From the NCBI RefSeq assembly GCF_000253055.1, contig NC_016070.1:1560001-1592000 (forward strand): a stretch of DNA of 32,000 nucleotides, written 5' to 3'. Source of the DNA: Thermoproteus tenax Kra 1 (GTDB taxonomy: Archaea; Thermoproteota; Thermoprotei; Thermoproteales; Thermoproteaceae). The first letter of the stretch is position 1, and the number at the start of each line of letters is the position of its first letter. Below the pieces are notes generated by a model, which saw nothing but the letters and a program-made list of their open reading frames with translations, made no database searches and was not told the origin of the DNA. Made by a program: the position numbers and the translations under genes. Positions 1-8,359 of the stretch are shown piece after piece.

Positions 1-603
1 TTCGCCGCCCTTAGCGCTGCCGCCGAGAGGAACTCCAATATACTGTATATTATGTATGACAACGAGGCCTATATGAACACCGGCATTCAGAGGAGCAGCG
101 AGACGCCGAAGGGCGCCTGGACTACGACGACTCCGGCGGGCAAGAGGGAGTCCAAGAAGGACGTAGCCCTCATACTTATGGCCCACGATGTCCCCTATGT
201 GGCGACCGCCAGCATCGCCTATCCGCAGGACTTCTACAGGAAGATCAAGAGGGCTTCAGAGATAAAGGGCTTTAAGTTCATACATCTCTTCGCGCCGTGT
301 CCCCCCGGCTGGCTCTTCGACCCCTCGCTGACCGTTGAGGTCGCCAGAAAGGCCGTTGAGACCGGCTTCTTCATACTCTGGGAGTACGACCACGGAGAGC
401 TCAAGCTCAATCCGCCGAGCTCGGCGCTTGTCGATAAAAAACGCAGGAGGCCTCTAACGGAATATCTGAAGCTACAGGGCAGATTCGCCAACTTGACTGA
501 GGAGCAGATAGCTGAGCTAGAGCGCGAGGTAGACCGCAGATGGGAGTTCTTGCTCAGGTTTATGGAAGCCAAGAGGAGAGTGGATGGGGCCGCCGGGATT
601 TGA
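1..603 (+). CDS. porB: Pyruvate:ferredoxin oxidoreductase beta subunit, C-terminal part (partial, begins before window)
   Basis: Frame is open from base 1 ([33 protein letters not shown]...), typical PorB motifs [15 protein letters not shown], TPxG, HxxAPCPPGW; stop TGA 601-603. Confidence 0.9.
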   Translation, partial: FAALSAAAERNSNILYIMYDNEAYMNTGIQRSSETPKGAWTTTTPAGKRESKKDVALILMAHDVPYVATASIAYPQDFYRKIKRASEIKGFKFIHLFAPCPPGWLFDPSLTVEVARKAVETGFFILWEYDHGELKLNPPSSALVDKKRRRPLTEYLKLQGRFANLTEEQIAELEREVDRRWEFLLRFMEAKRRVDGAAGI

Positions 604-706
604 ACTTCCCCCGGCGTCCGCCGTCCGGGGTCACACGGGCTTGCCCGCGGCTGGGTTCGTTCGGCCGCACCGAGCCGTGCGTCCTACCAGGCTAGACTAC
701 GGCCCC
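585..706 (-). tRNA. tRNA-Pro(CGG) with two putative introns (29 nt in anticodon loop, 19 nt in T-stem)
   Basis: Minus strand parses as GGGGCCG-TA-GTCT-AGCCTGGTA-GGAC-G-CACGG-CTCGG[intron ~29, contains GCGGC...GCCGC hairpin]-CCGTG-TGACC-CCGG[ACGGCGGACGCCGGGGGAA]G-TTCAAAT-CCCGG-CGGCCCC-A. All four stems pair after removing 48 nt, giving a 74-nt mature tRNA. TATA-like GTTAAAAACT lies ~25 nt upstream. Confidence 0.8.
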
Positions 707-799
707 TAACGCTTAGCGCTTCTCAGTTTTTAACTTTTCTCTCGGGCTAAAAGACTTTCAACTTTCGATGCTTCAGTTCTCCTGCTCGGCCCTCCTCTC

Positions 800-1056
800 C
801 AGCCACTTAGAGAACTGAAGAAAATCCACCCGGCTTTTGTAAGTTGCCCTCAGACTTCCTGAGTAATAATGAGCGTTGTTAATCCAAAACGAGGCGCATA
901 CATAGCGGCGGCTAGGCCAGCAGGTCCGCCTCCAACCACCGCAGTATCTAGTACTTTGCCTCTCAAAGACTCTAATACTTCATCAGCCGGCGAAATGCTA
1001 ATAGACCACCGTCCTGGCTTGCTCCCGTGCGAAGTTAAGGAGGTAATATACCCCAT
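800..1056 (-). pseudogene. Thioredoxin/NAD(P)H-disulfide reductase N-terminal remnant
   Basis: VLDTAVVGGGPAGLAAAMYAPRFGLTTLIITQEV then in-frame TGA (850-852), then GQLTKAGW in the same frame. The FAD-binding GxGxxG context continues across the stop and then decays. Boundaries approximate. Confidence 0.75.
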
Positions 1057-2566
1057 TTACGCCTCTGCCAGTTGCTCCCGAGGCTTTCCAGCCTGTGAAT
1101 GGCTGAGCGCCGGGCCACGCGCCGGTGGTTGCGCCGCCTCTTCTGTTGGCGTACACCACGCCGAACTCGATATGCTCAAAGAAATACTCCACTTCCTTCG
1201 GGTCCTCGGAGAATATGCCGGCGGTTAAGCCGTATTCCGTGTCGTTTGCCTTCCTCACGGCCTCCTCCAGCGTGTCGAACTTATCGACTAGGAGTATGGG
1301 GAGGAACAGCTCTGTCTTCCAGAGGTAGCTGTCGGGGGCTACGCCTTCTATGATGGCCGGCTCTACGTAGAAGCCTTTTGAGAATTCGCCCTCTTCCAGC
1401 ACCCTCCCGCCGTATCTCAACCTGCCGCCGGCCGCCACGGCGTCGGCCACATAGCGCCTGTAGTTCTCCCGCGCCGACTTGTTAATCACGGGGCCGAGGA
1501 AAACCTCCCGCCTCCGCGGGTCGCCTATCTTTACAATCTCCCTAGTCTTCTCCACAAGCCGCTCCACAAACCTGTCGTAGACCTCCCTCTGCACGTAGAG
1601 CCTGCTCGTCGCGGAGCACTTCTGGCCTCCGAAGCCGAAGGCGGCCCTCACAACGCCCTCAGCCGCCTTCTCTAAATCAGCCTTGGCGGTGACTACGGTG
1701 GGGTTTTTCGAGCCCATCTCCAGCACAATTGGCTTAGGCCAGGGCTGTCTCTGGGTGAAGAGGCGGTACAGCCTCATGCCGACGTCGCGTGACCCGGTGA
1801 AGGCTATGCCGGCGACCCTCGGATCGCCAGTAGCCACCTCCTCGACAGCGTCGCCGGGGCCGGTGACGAAGTTTAAAACCCCAGGCGGCACTCCCGCCTC
1901 CACCGCCAGCTGGTACACCAAGGCGGCTGTGAACGGCGCCTCGCTGGTGGGCTTCCAAACAGCGGTGTTCCCCATCAAGAGGACCCCGGTGAGCATTCCC
2001 TTGGCGAGGGCTATGGGGAAGTTGAATGGCGAAATTACAAACCACGCGCCGTACGGCCTCAACACGCTGAGAGGCCTCTCGTTGGGAATCGGAGACCTCA
2101 TCTGCAGCACGTAGCCATCCATCTTGTGTATAAGCTCTACGTAGTACCGCAAAACGTCAATAGCCTCGTGGATCTCCGCCAAGGCCTCAAACCTGTTCTT
2201 CCCCACCTCATACGTGATAGCCGCGGCCAACTTGAATCTATCCCTCTCTATCAAGTCGGCAAGCTTGGCGAGGATCCGTGCCCTCTCTCTCCAGTCTAGC
2301 CTAGACCACTCGGGAAACGCCTCCACGGCTTTTGAAAGAGCGGCTTTGAACTCCTCGGGAGTTCCCCTCTGGAACGTGCCAATTTTTATAGAGGTGTCAA
2401 AGGGGCTCCTCTTTTCAAACTTGCCGCTGGTATATACCTCCTTTCCGCCGATGTAAATCGGCCACTCCCTTCCCAGAAGCTCCCAGACTTCGGAAAGAGC
2501 CTTCTCATACGCAGGGTGTATAGACTCATCGGCCAACACAGAGACGTAGGTAACTTTGCCAGACAT
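998..2566 (-). CDS. 1-pyrroline-5-carboxylate dehydrogenase / aldehyde dehydrogenase family
   Basis: Full-length ALDH: PYGAWFVISPFNFPIALAKG, VLEMGSKNPTVV, FGFGGQKCSATSR, PFTGWKASGATG. Track ORF begins 2584; ATG at 2566 (MSGKVTYVS) preferred, with TTTTATAAGG ~25 nt upstream. Confidence 0.9.
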   Translation of the reverse strand: MSGKVTYVSVLADESIHPAYEKALSEVWELLGREWPIYIGGKEVYTSGKFEKRSPFDTSIKIGTFQRGTPEEFKAALSKAVEAFPEWSRLDWRERARILAKLADLIERDRFKLAAAITYEVGKNRFEALAEIHEAIDVLRYYVELIHKMDGYVLQMRSPIPNERPLSVLRPYGAWFVISPFNFPIALAKGMLTGVLLMGNTAVWKPTSEAPFTAALVYQLAVEAGVPPGVLNFVTGPGDAVEEVATGDPRVAGIAFTGSRDVGMRLYRLFTQRQPWPKPIVLEMGSKNPTVVTAKADLEKAAEGVVRAAFGFGGQKCSATSRLYVQREVYDRFVERLVEKTREIVKIGDPRRREVFLGPVINKSARENYRRYVADAVAAGGRLRYGGRVLEEGEFSKGFYVEPAIIEGVAPDSYLWKTELFLPILLVDKFDTLEEAVRKANDTEYGLTAGIFSEDPKEVEYFFEHIEFGVVYANRRGGATTGAWPGAQPFTGWKASGATGRGVNGVYYLLNFAREQARTVVY

Positions 2567-2923
2567 AGATAATCTAATTCCCAAGCCTTATAAAACTTCT
2601 TTATATATTTTTCTAAAAATTCTAATATATATATAATGTATATTCATATAGAAAATAATACTAGAATTATATGAAGAAGATGAAGAGAACAGCGTCTCTA
2701 TATTCCAGTCATCATAAAACTTCTTTTCGTTCATCGCTAGCAACGCCAGCCACCTCTATTTCACGCTTGGTGTCTCTATTGATTTACCTTGAGCCGCTAG
2801 GACTTAGAAAACTCCTCCTCATATCCGTCCAGGAGGAGGCCTTATAGTTGAAGAATCAGATTGGCGGTCGATTACTGATCTTTGTTGGAACTCTCTACGT
2901 AGGCATTGATGCCGTAGCCGCTC

Positions 2924-3152
2924 CTAATTTTTATCACTGCGGTGCTCGCTCTGCCTCGGGAGCTTCCTCACCTCCTCAAGCCGCGCCTCTACGTCGGACC
3001 TCCGAAACATGCGGACCAGTCTCCCGTATTTGTTGTAGTACTCGCGCGGGCAAGAGAACCCCGAGCTCAACCGCCGCGTCTATCTGGACCGCCAACAGAC
3101 CATAGAGCTTCGCCGCGGCCGTCTTAGAGAGAAGCTCCTCCACGTTAGACAT
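2924..3152 (-). pseudogene. Small excisionase/MerR-type helix-turn-helix protein, frameshifted
   Basis: Frame 1 MSNVEELLSKTAAAKLYGLLAVQIDAAVELGVLLP; frame 2 resumes REYYNKYGRLVRMFRRSDVEARLEEVRKLPR...stop at 2924. The joined product reads as one HTH domain. Confidence 0.55.
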
Positions 3153-3162
3153 TGCTCCGCAC

Positions 3163-3570
3163 TTAAAAGGCTTTAACGCGGGGATGGTTGAAACTGCTGT
3201 CGACAAAACGTTGCTCCCAGGGCTTCTCCGGGAGCGGGCCGTGTTTCTCCTCGGCGTCTCTTATGGCGTATAGGCGGCAGTCCTCGCCCTTGGGCACCTT
3301 GGTGCAGAAGTCCCTGTGGAGGTTGGGCAGGTCGTCCCAGACGAGGCGGGACAGCGTGGGCCACAGCCGCCAGGCGTGGGCGAACATCTGCCAACAGATA
3401 TGTCTGATCTCGGCCTGGGCCGCGGCCGAGCACCTCAGTGGGACGAAGTTCAGAAGGAGCTCTCTGGCGTTCATCTGGACGGCGAACTTCACCGCGGTGG
3501 CGTTGGGGAGGACCATCCTGGCGTGCTCCGGCCTCCGCCGTTTTGCAAGTGAAGCGAGAGAGTGGAAAGT
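3163..3570 (-). pseudogene. FAD-dependent thymidylate synthase (ThyX), C-terminal fragment
   Basis: EHARMVLPNATAVKFAVQMNARELLLNFVPLRCSAAAQAEIRHICWQMF matches the ThyX C-terminal pattern (ExAR..LP..T.......NARELL.F..LR....AQ.EIR). The upstream ThyX half, including the RHRxxSxxxxSxRY motif, is not present. Confidence 0.6.
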
Positions 3571-3802
3571 GGTACATAGGTCAGCGGGAGATGTTGCGAC
3601 CGAGTGGGTTCAGACAGAGCACAGCAACGGTAGTCGCATCGCCAGCTGGCGTCGGACTAGTTGTTGCGGATACTCTCAGCGTTGGCATAACCTCTTTTTC
3701 ACCTCCCTGTCAACCGTTCCTACTTTAACAGAAAAAAAAGGGTTATTGAAAACCGACCTCCTCTCGCCCTGAAGGGCGGGGCTTGTTGTTTGCGTTGTCA
3801 CG

Positions 3803-4078
3803 CTACCTCCTCTTTACATCTCTAGGCTCCTCTCCCGTTAGCTCTTTTATAAGCTGGGCGAGCCTAGCCGCGGCCTCTGCCCCCTTGGGCGTCAGCCTCA
3901 GCTCCTCGTCGCCCGTTACGAACCCCCTCTCTTTTAGATACTCCACGTACTGCTGAAAGCGGCTGTAGCTCACCCCGGACAGCAACGCCGTCTCCCTCTT
4001 GCTGCGTCCATCTGCGAGGAGGAGCAGGATTTTCGTCACTACGTAGAGATCAGGATAGAATCTCCCTCGCCTTTTCAT
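3803..4078 (-). CDS. Winged-helix DNA-binding protein (archaeal ArnR/HTH_45-like)
   Basis: 91 aa; SKRETALLSGVSYSRFQQYVEYLKERGFVTGDEELRLTPKGAEAA typical wHTH core. Confidence 0.75.
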   Translation of the reverse strand: MKRRGRFYPDLYVVTKILLLLADGRSKRETALLSGVSYSRFQQYVEYLKERGFVTGDEELRLTPKGAEAAARLAQLIKELTGEEPRDVKRR

Positions 4079-4691
4079 AAAACACCTCGGCCCTCCTAGC
4101 CAGCTCGGCTGACCGCATCACAGGCCTCCACGCCAAGACCAACGCAGCCGCCAAGGCGCTGTAGAAGGAGGCGGCCCACAGAGCCGTGTACAAAACCCAG
4201 CCGGCTGACCCCCAGAACACGTCCCCCTTCATAACCATTATAAACCTCCCTCCCGGGGCCATGCTCCCCATGACCATTACGTGGACCTCTGTTACGTTGC
4301 CGACGGGAAACACCGGAGCTCCCTCAATCACTATCAGAGGGGTTGTGTAGAGATACAGCGAGGTGATTGCGACAAACGCAAGCGCCGCGTAGGACGCGAC
4401 GTACAAAACAGGAGCCGCGACGCAGACGCCCCCGCGTCTGTGGAACAGCTCCAGCAGATCCAGCCCCCCGGCCCCCTTCCTCCCGGGGAGAAGGCCGACA
4501 ACCGCGGCGGCCACCGCCGAGGCGGCCGTGGCCGGAAAGACAAAGCCCCCCACGGCGCCTCCAACATAGAGGAGGAACAAGACAGGCAACAGCCATACGT
4601 GAACCAGGGTTAGGTAGAGGAGGAGAGGGGCCCACCTGCACAGACGGAAAAGTAGAGACATGGAGCGGAGAGGGGCTCTGCTTAATATCAT
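4050..4691 (-). CDS. Predicted multi-pass membrane protein
   Basis: 213 aa with about four hydrophobic segments; overlaps the start of the downstream wHTH gene. Confidence 0.7.
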   Translation of the reverse strand: MILSRAPLRSMSLLFRLCRWAPLLLYLTLVHVWLLPVLFLLYVGGAVGGFVFPATAASAVAAAVVGLLPGRKGAGGLDLLELFHRRGGVCVAAPVLYVASYAALAFVAITSLYLYTTPLIVIEGAPVFPVGNVTEVHVMVMGSMAPGGRFIMVMKGDVFWGSAGWVLYTALWAASFYSALAAALVLAWRPVMRSAELARRAEVFYEKAREILS

Positions 4692-4746
4692 TTGCAGGAA
4701 AACAAACCGAGACGTCGAGAGAAAAAGATGGGTTTCTGGAGAGGCA

Positions 4747-5598
4747 TTATTGGTAGTATAGCGTTAGTGTGCCCGAATAAGTTATGGAATAGGAGCTGGG
4801 GTTTATCACCACAGGACTAATGTAGTCAGACGGATTTACAGGGAAGGAGGCGGAGGCGCTCTGGCCGTAGCTACATGTGTAGGTTAAGGTTGTCGTGTTC
4901 CAATCTATATACCCGAGGCAGAGAAAGCCCGTGGAGCTCCACGAGACGTTGAACTCCACGTTGACAAGCCCGGTGTAAGGCCCGTAGCCATCTCCAGCGC
5001 CGGGAGATGGCGTGCCGGAGATAGGTTGTGGCGCTTTGATTATGTCTGGACTCGGCTTCTCACCGGCCTGGCCGGCGCCCTCTGCGCCGACTTCCCTCTC
5101 GATCCTCCCCCTAAACAAGATCTTGCCGCTGTCGTCTATCACCAGAAGTGTGCCGTTGGGCAACAACTTGAACTCGGCTCGCCTGGCCTCACCCCCTCTC
5201 ATGACTATGTAGTTAGTTATGGTAATGACCCTCCCACACACTGGCAATACGATGGAGCCGTTTGGCAACAGCCACGTTCTCATTATTATCATTCTAGCCC
5301 TAAACAAGACCCTGCCGCTGTCGTCTATCCACAGAAGTGTGCAGTTTGGCAACAGCCTTACCTCAGCCTTCTTAACCCCCTCCGTTAGGTTCAGCGCAAC
5401 TGTGTGTACACTGCCCTGGGGATCAACCGTCTTCACAACCCCGTTCTCATGTGTGTACGTCATTTTAAACGCGCCGGCGCTCAGGGCAACGGCCATCACT
5501 GCGGCCGCCAGCGCGGCGAGCGCCGCCAGCTTGACCGTTTGGGATTTCTTTTCCACGCCCGCCGCTGTGCCGGGACATATAAACCTTGCATATTCCAA
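4747..5598 (-). CDS. Secreted protein with internal duplication (start may be GTG at 5556)
   Basis: KKSQTVKLAALAALAAAVMAVALSAG signal-like segment; repeated unit LLPN(C/G)TLL(W/V)IDDSG(R/K)(V/I)LFR(A/G)R(M/I). Confidence 0.65.
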   Translation of the reverse strand: MEYARFICPGTAAGVEKKSQTVKLAALAALAAAVMAVALSAGAFKMTYTHENGVVKTVDPQGSVHTVALNLTEGVKKAEVRLLPNCTLLWIDDSGRVLFRARMIIMRTWLLPNGSIVLPVCGRVITITNYIVMRGGEARRAEFKLLPNGTLLVIDDSGKILFRGRIEREVGAEGAGQAGEKPSPDIIKAPQPISGTPSPGAGDGYGPYTGLVNVEFNVSWSSTGFLCLGYIDWNTTTLTYTCSYGQSASASFPVNPSDYISPVVINPSSYSITYSGTLTLYYQ

Positions 5599-5938
5599 GT
5601 CTACAACAGCGGCGGAGATACAACGTAAAACACGACAAATAGGACGGGGCGGTAGGTGCCACCCCGTCTAGACCCGCGGCGCGGTGCTCTCTCACATTTA
5701 TCCAGCGGCGCCGGCGTCTCAGCCGCAACCGCGGCTCGGCCTGATCGATTCACGACGCCGGCGTCATCCCAGGTGCGTAGCTAGAAGACCTCGGGTCCCC
5801 CCTATCAGCTGGCCCTGGCTCCAGGCTCTTTGGACCCTGGCTGTAGGCGCCGGCGGCTTGGGGCGTAGATACGTCGGACGACGAAATGCTATAGCATTAC
5901 GAAGAAAACTATTTAATCAGCTCCTTACTGTCATAAAG

Positions 5939-6030
5939 GCCCCGGTAGCTCAGCCTGGTGGAGCGCCTCACTGGTAATGGTGGTTGACCGCCTAGTGAGG
6001 AGGTCCCGGGTTCGAATCCCGGCCGGGGCT
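5939..6030 (+). tRNA. tRNA-Thr(GGT) with 18-nt intron
   Basis: GCCCCGG-TA-GCTC-AGCCTGGTG-GAGC-G-CCTCA-CTGGTA[ATGGTGGTTGACCGCCTA]G-TGAGG-AGGTC-CCGGG-TTCGAAT-CCCGG-CCGGGGC-T. All stems perfect; TATA-like CTATTTAATC ~25 nt upstream. Confidence 0.9.
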
Positions 6031-6859
6031 CTGGCTTTCCCTTTCATCTACGGTGTGTGAAATCGTTTGTGTCTACCCCCTACAGACTTCTTTGAAACGA
6101 TGGGCTTCAGTTCTACTCTGCGGCTATCTCTTTGGCTTGAGCCTCCCGTAGGCTTGTATGCCCATTTTGTTATGGTGGGCTTCCTCGGTGGGACCTCCTC
6201 TACAGCCCCCGCCCTCTTCTTCGGCAAACTCCCAGTTGGCGACGCGGCCCTATGTAGCACATGCCCCGAACCTCCTCGAGTTAGCCAGCGACGCCTAGCC
6301 CCTGCCCAGGCGAAGCTAGAGCTGGCTGGGTGGCGGAATACGTCATAAGATGTAGAAAGAATAAACCTGTCCTTAAGTATGCCCTCGCCTTTATGACTAG
6401 GGCGGCGAGTTTGCGACAGCTTCTCCGGCCTCGGCCAACGCCGCTACTTACCTTTGTCCTCGTGGTCGGGGCCTACGTAGGGCTCCAGGGGTCTATAAGA
6501 TAAATATCGCTTATGGGGAGGCTGAGGCGGGCTCGACGTAGTTTATCCAATATGCGAGGAATCTAAAACGAGCAGCCCAGCGCTTCATCAGCCGCTGAGG
6601 TCATCCCTTGGGCTCCGCCAAGGTGGGTAGACGCCTTCGTCGCGCGGGGGACGGCCGAGAGGGTAACACAGAGGCGCGGAAGCCTCCGTGGAGCTCCGCC
6701 TAGTTGGCCCTGAACAGGCAAAGGGGCGGCGGAGGGCGCGCCTAACGTGCCGAGAGGCGCCGAGGTCCTTAGTTTTATATTTAGAACAAATCCCCTTTAA
6801 TCTAGAGCAATAGATCCACGAGAATAATCCTTTTTAAGTTCGAAATATGAAACTAGGCG

Positions 6860-8359
6860 ATGGAGTACAAACTTGGGAGTAGATTGTCTGAGCTGAGGAA
6901 GAGGAGGGGCCTCAGCCTTTCGCAGTTGGCCAGATTGGCGGGCATCTCGAAATCGACTCTGTGGGAAATAGAAAACGATAGAATAAGCCCCTCCGTTAAC
7001 ACGCTCTGGGCCATTGCCAATGCCCTGGGCGTTCCCTTCGGCGAACTCGTAACCTACGACATTGTCGTTAAAGACGAGGGAGTCGAAGTTCGGTTAATAG
7101 AACGTGTAGAGAATAAGGAGGTCTACCTAATGAAGCTACGCTCCCACGTAATAAAGCGCTCTGAGCCCCACAGAAACTCGCCGATCGAAATAGTACAGGT
7201 CATTAAAGGGGCGATGATCGTCGGGAGCAGAGACAATCTATCCTTAGTCGGCGAGGGGGATTTTGCAAAGTTCTACGGAGGCAGGGAGCACCTCTACATG
7301 GCCGTAGGAGGCGACGCGGAGGCCGTTGTAACATTAATCTATGGCTCAAAAGATGAATCACCAACAATTCACTATAAAAACATTAGAAAAGTAAATATTC
7401 CCAGATATAGAGATTTAATAGATGAAAACGTTGAAAACAATTTTTTAAAAATTCTGATCAACGCAGTAAATAGACTCCGGACAATTGAGGGGTTGGAGGG
7501 GAGTTTAACAGCCGATGTGCTTAATGCAGAAATACTAACGCTTGGGGGGAAGTTGACAATTCCCAAGGCGGTGAGGGAGGGCGCGAGAAAGCTCAGCCAA
7601 AACGCAAGATCGTCTGAGCGCCTATATGAGCTGCTACGCCCAGGCTACGCAGAGCAGGTGATCTACGTCGCATATGAACTAGAGAGAAGGGGTATCAGAG
7701 ACGTTCTGAGCTTAGGCTGCGGCCCGGCGTATCGCGAGAGGATGTTGAAGGAGATATTGAACTTGGGCATAACTTGCGTAGAGGCTCCCAAAAAGGCAAC
7801 CTCCACATTCCCAACGCTGGACGAACTACCGGAGGAGGCGGGCGCAGTCGTCTCATTCGGCTCCTCCCACTACATCGACGTCCTCGAGCTGACCTCCCGG
7901 TTGAGTAGGGGAGGGGTTTTGATAGTGGCCGACGAGTTTATAGATCACTTCGCCAGCGAGAAGGCGAGGAAGTTGAACGTAGTTAAGCACCACTTGGTGT
8001 ATTTGCTCGATATACCGCTGGAGGCTTTTCGAGAGGAACTGCTTTCGGCATACAACGCGGCCGCTGAGGGAAAACTGAGGACTGCACTGAACATCTTATC
8101 TAGGGTTTACGTCGATATTAGCGAGGGGATTAAAGGCGAGGGCGGCACCGACGAGGAGAAAGCCTTCTCGAACTTCTACCGCCTAGAGCTGACGTCGCTG
8201 CTGCTAGGCGTTATCGAGGAGAGGAAGACGTCAGTTGTAAAGTTCGTCTCCGAGGCCGCCGGGCGTGGCCTGAGGCTTGAGTCCCACTACAAGGTCTATT
8301 CAACTGGCGAGGGGAAGTTTGGAGGCGGGGCCCACGTGTTGGCGTTCAGAAGGGTATGA
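6860..8359 (+). CDS. XRE helix-turn-helix + cupin + C-terminal class I methyltransferase-like fusion protein
   Basis: N-term LGSRLSELRKRRGLSLSQLARLAGISKSTLWEIENDRISPSVNTLWAIANALGVPFGEL; cupin-like middle; C-term VLSLGCGPAYRERMLKEILNLGITCVEAP...GAVVSFGSSHYIDV. TTTTTAAG at ~6829 gives a leaderless start. Confidence 0.85.
   Translation: MEYKLGSRLSELRKRRGLSLSQLARLAGISKSTLWEIENDRISPSVNTLWAIANALGVPFGELVTYDIVVKDEGVEVRLIERVENKEVYLMKLRSHVIKRSEPHRNSPIEIVQVIKGAMIVGSRDNLSLVGEGDFAKFYGGREHLYMAVGGDAEAVVTLIYGSKDESPTIHYKNIRKVNIPRYRDLIDENVENNFLKILINAVNRLRTIEGLEGSLTADVLNAEILTLGGKLTIPKAVREGARKLSQNARSSERLYELLRPGYAEQVIYVAYELERRGIRDVLSLGCGPAYRERMLKEILNLGITCVEAPKKATSTFPTLDELPEEAGAVVSFGSSHYIDVLELTSRLSRGGVLIVADEFIDHFASEKARKLNVVKHHLVYLLDIPLEAFREELLSAYNAAAEGKLRTALNILSRVYVDISEGIKGEGGTDEEKAFSNFYRLELTSLLLGVIEERKTSVVKFVSEAAGRGLRLESHYKVYSTGEGKFGGGAHVLAFRRV

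Noticed and set aside
3188-3772. 194-aa plus-strand ORF
   Set aside because: Antisense to the recognisable ThyX fragment; no family signal, composition typical of a GC-rich shadow frame.
6048-6348. Overlapping 70-aa and 93-aa ORFs on opposite strands
   Set aside because: The minus-strand reading (..RRVELKPIVSKKSVG..) vaguely resembles a transposase tail but I found no diagnostic motif, so neither is called.
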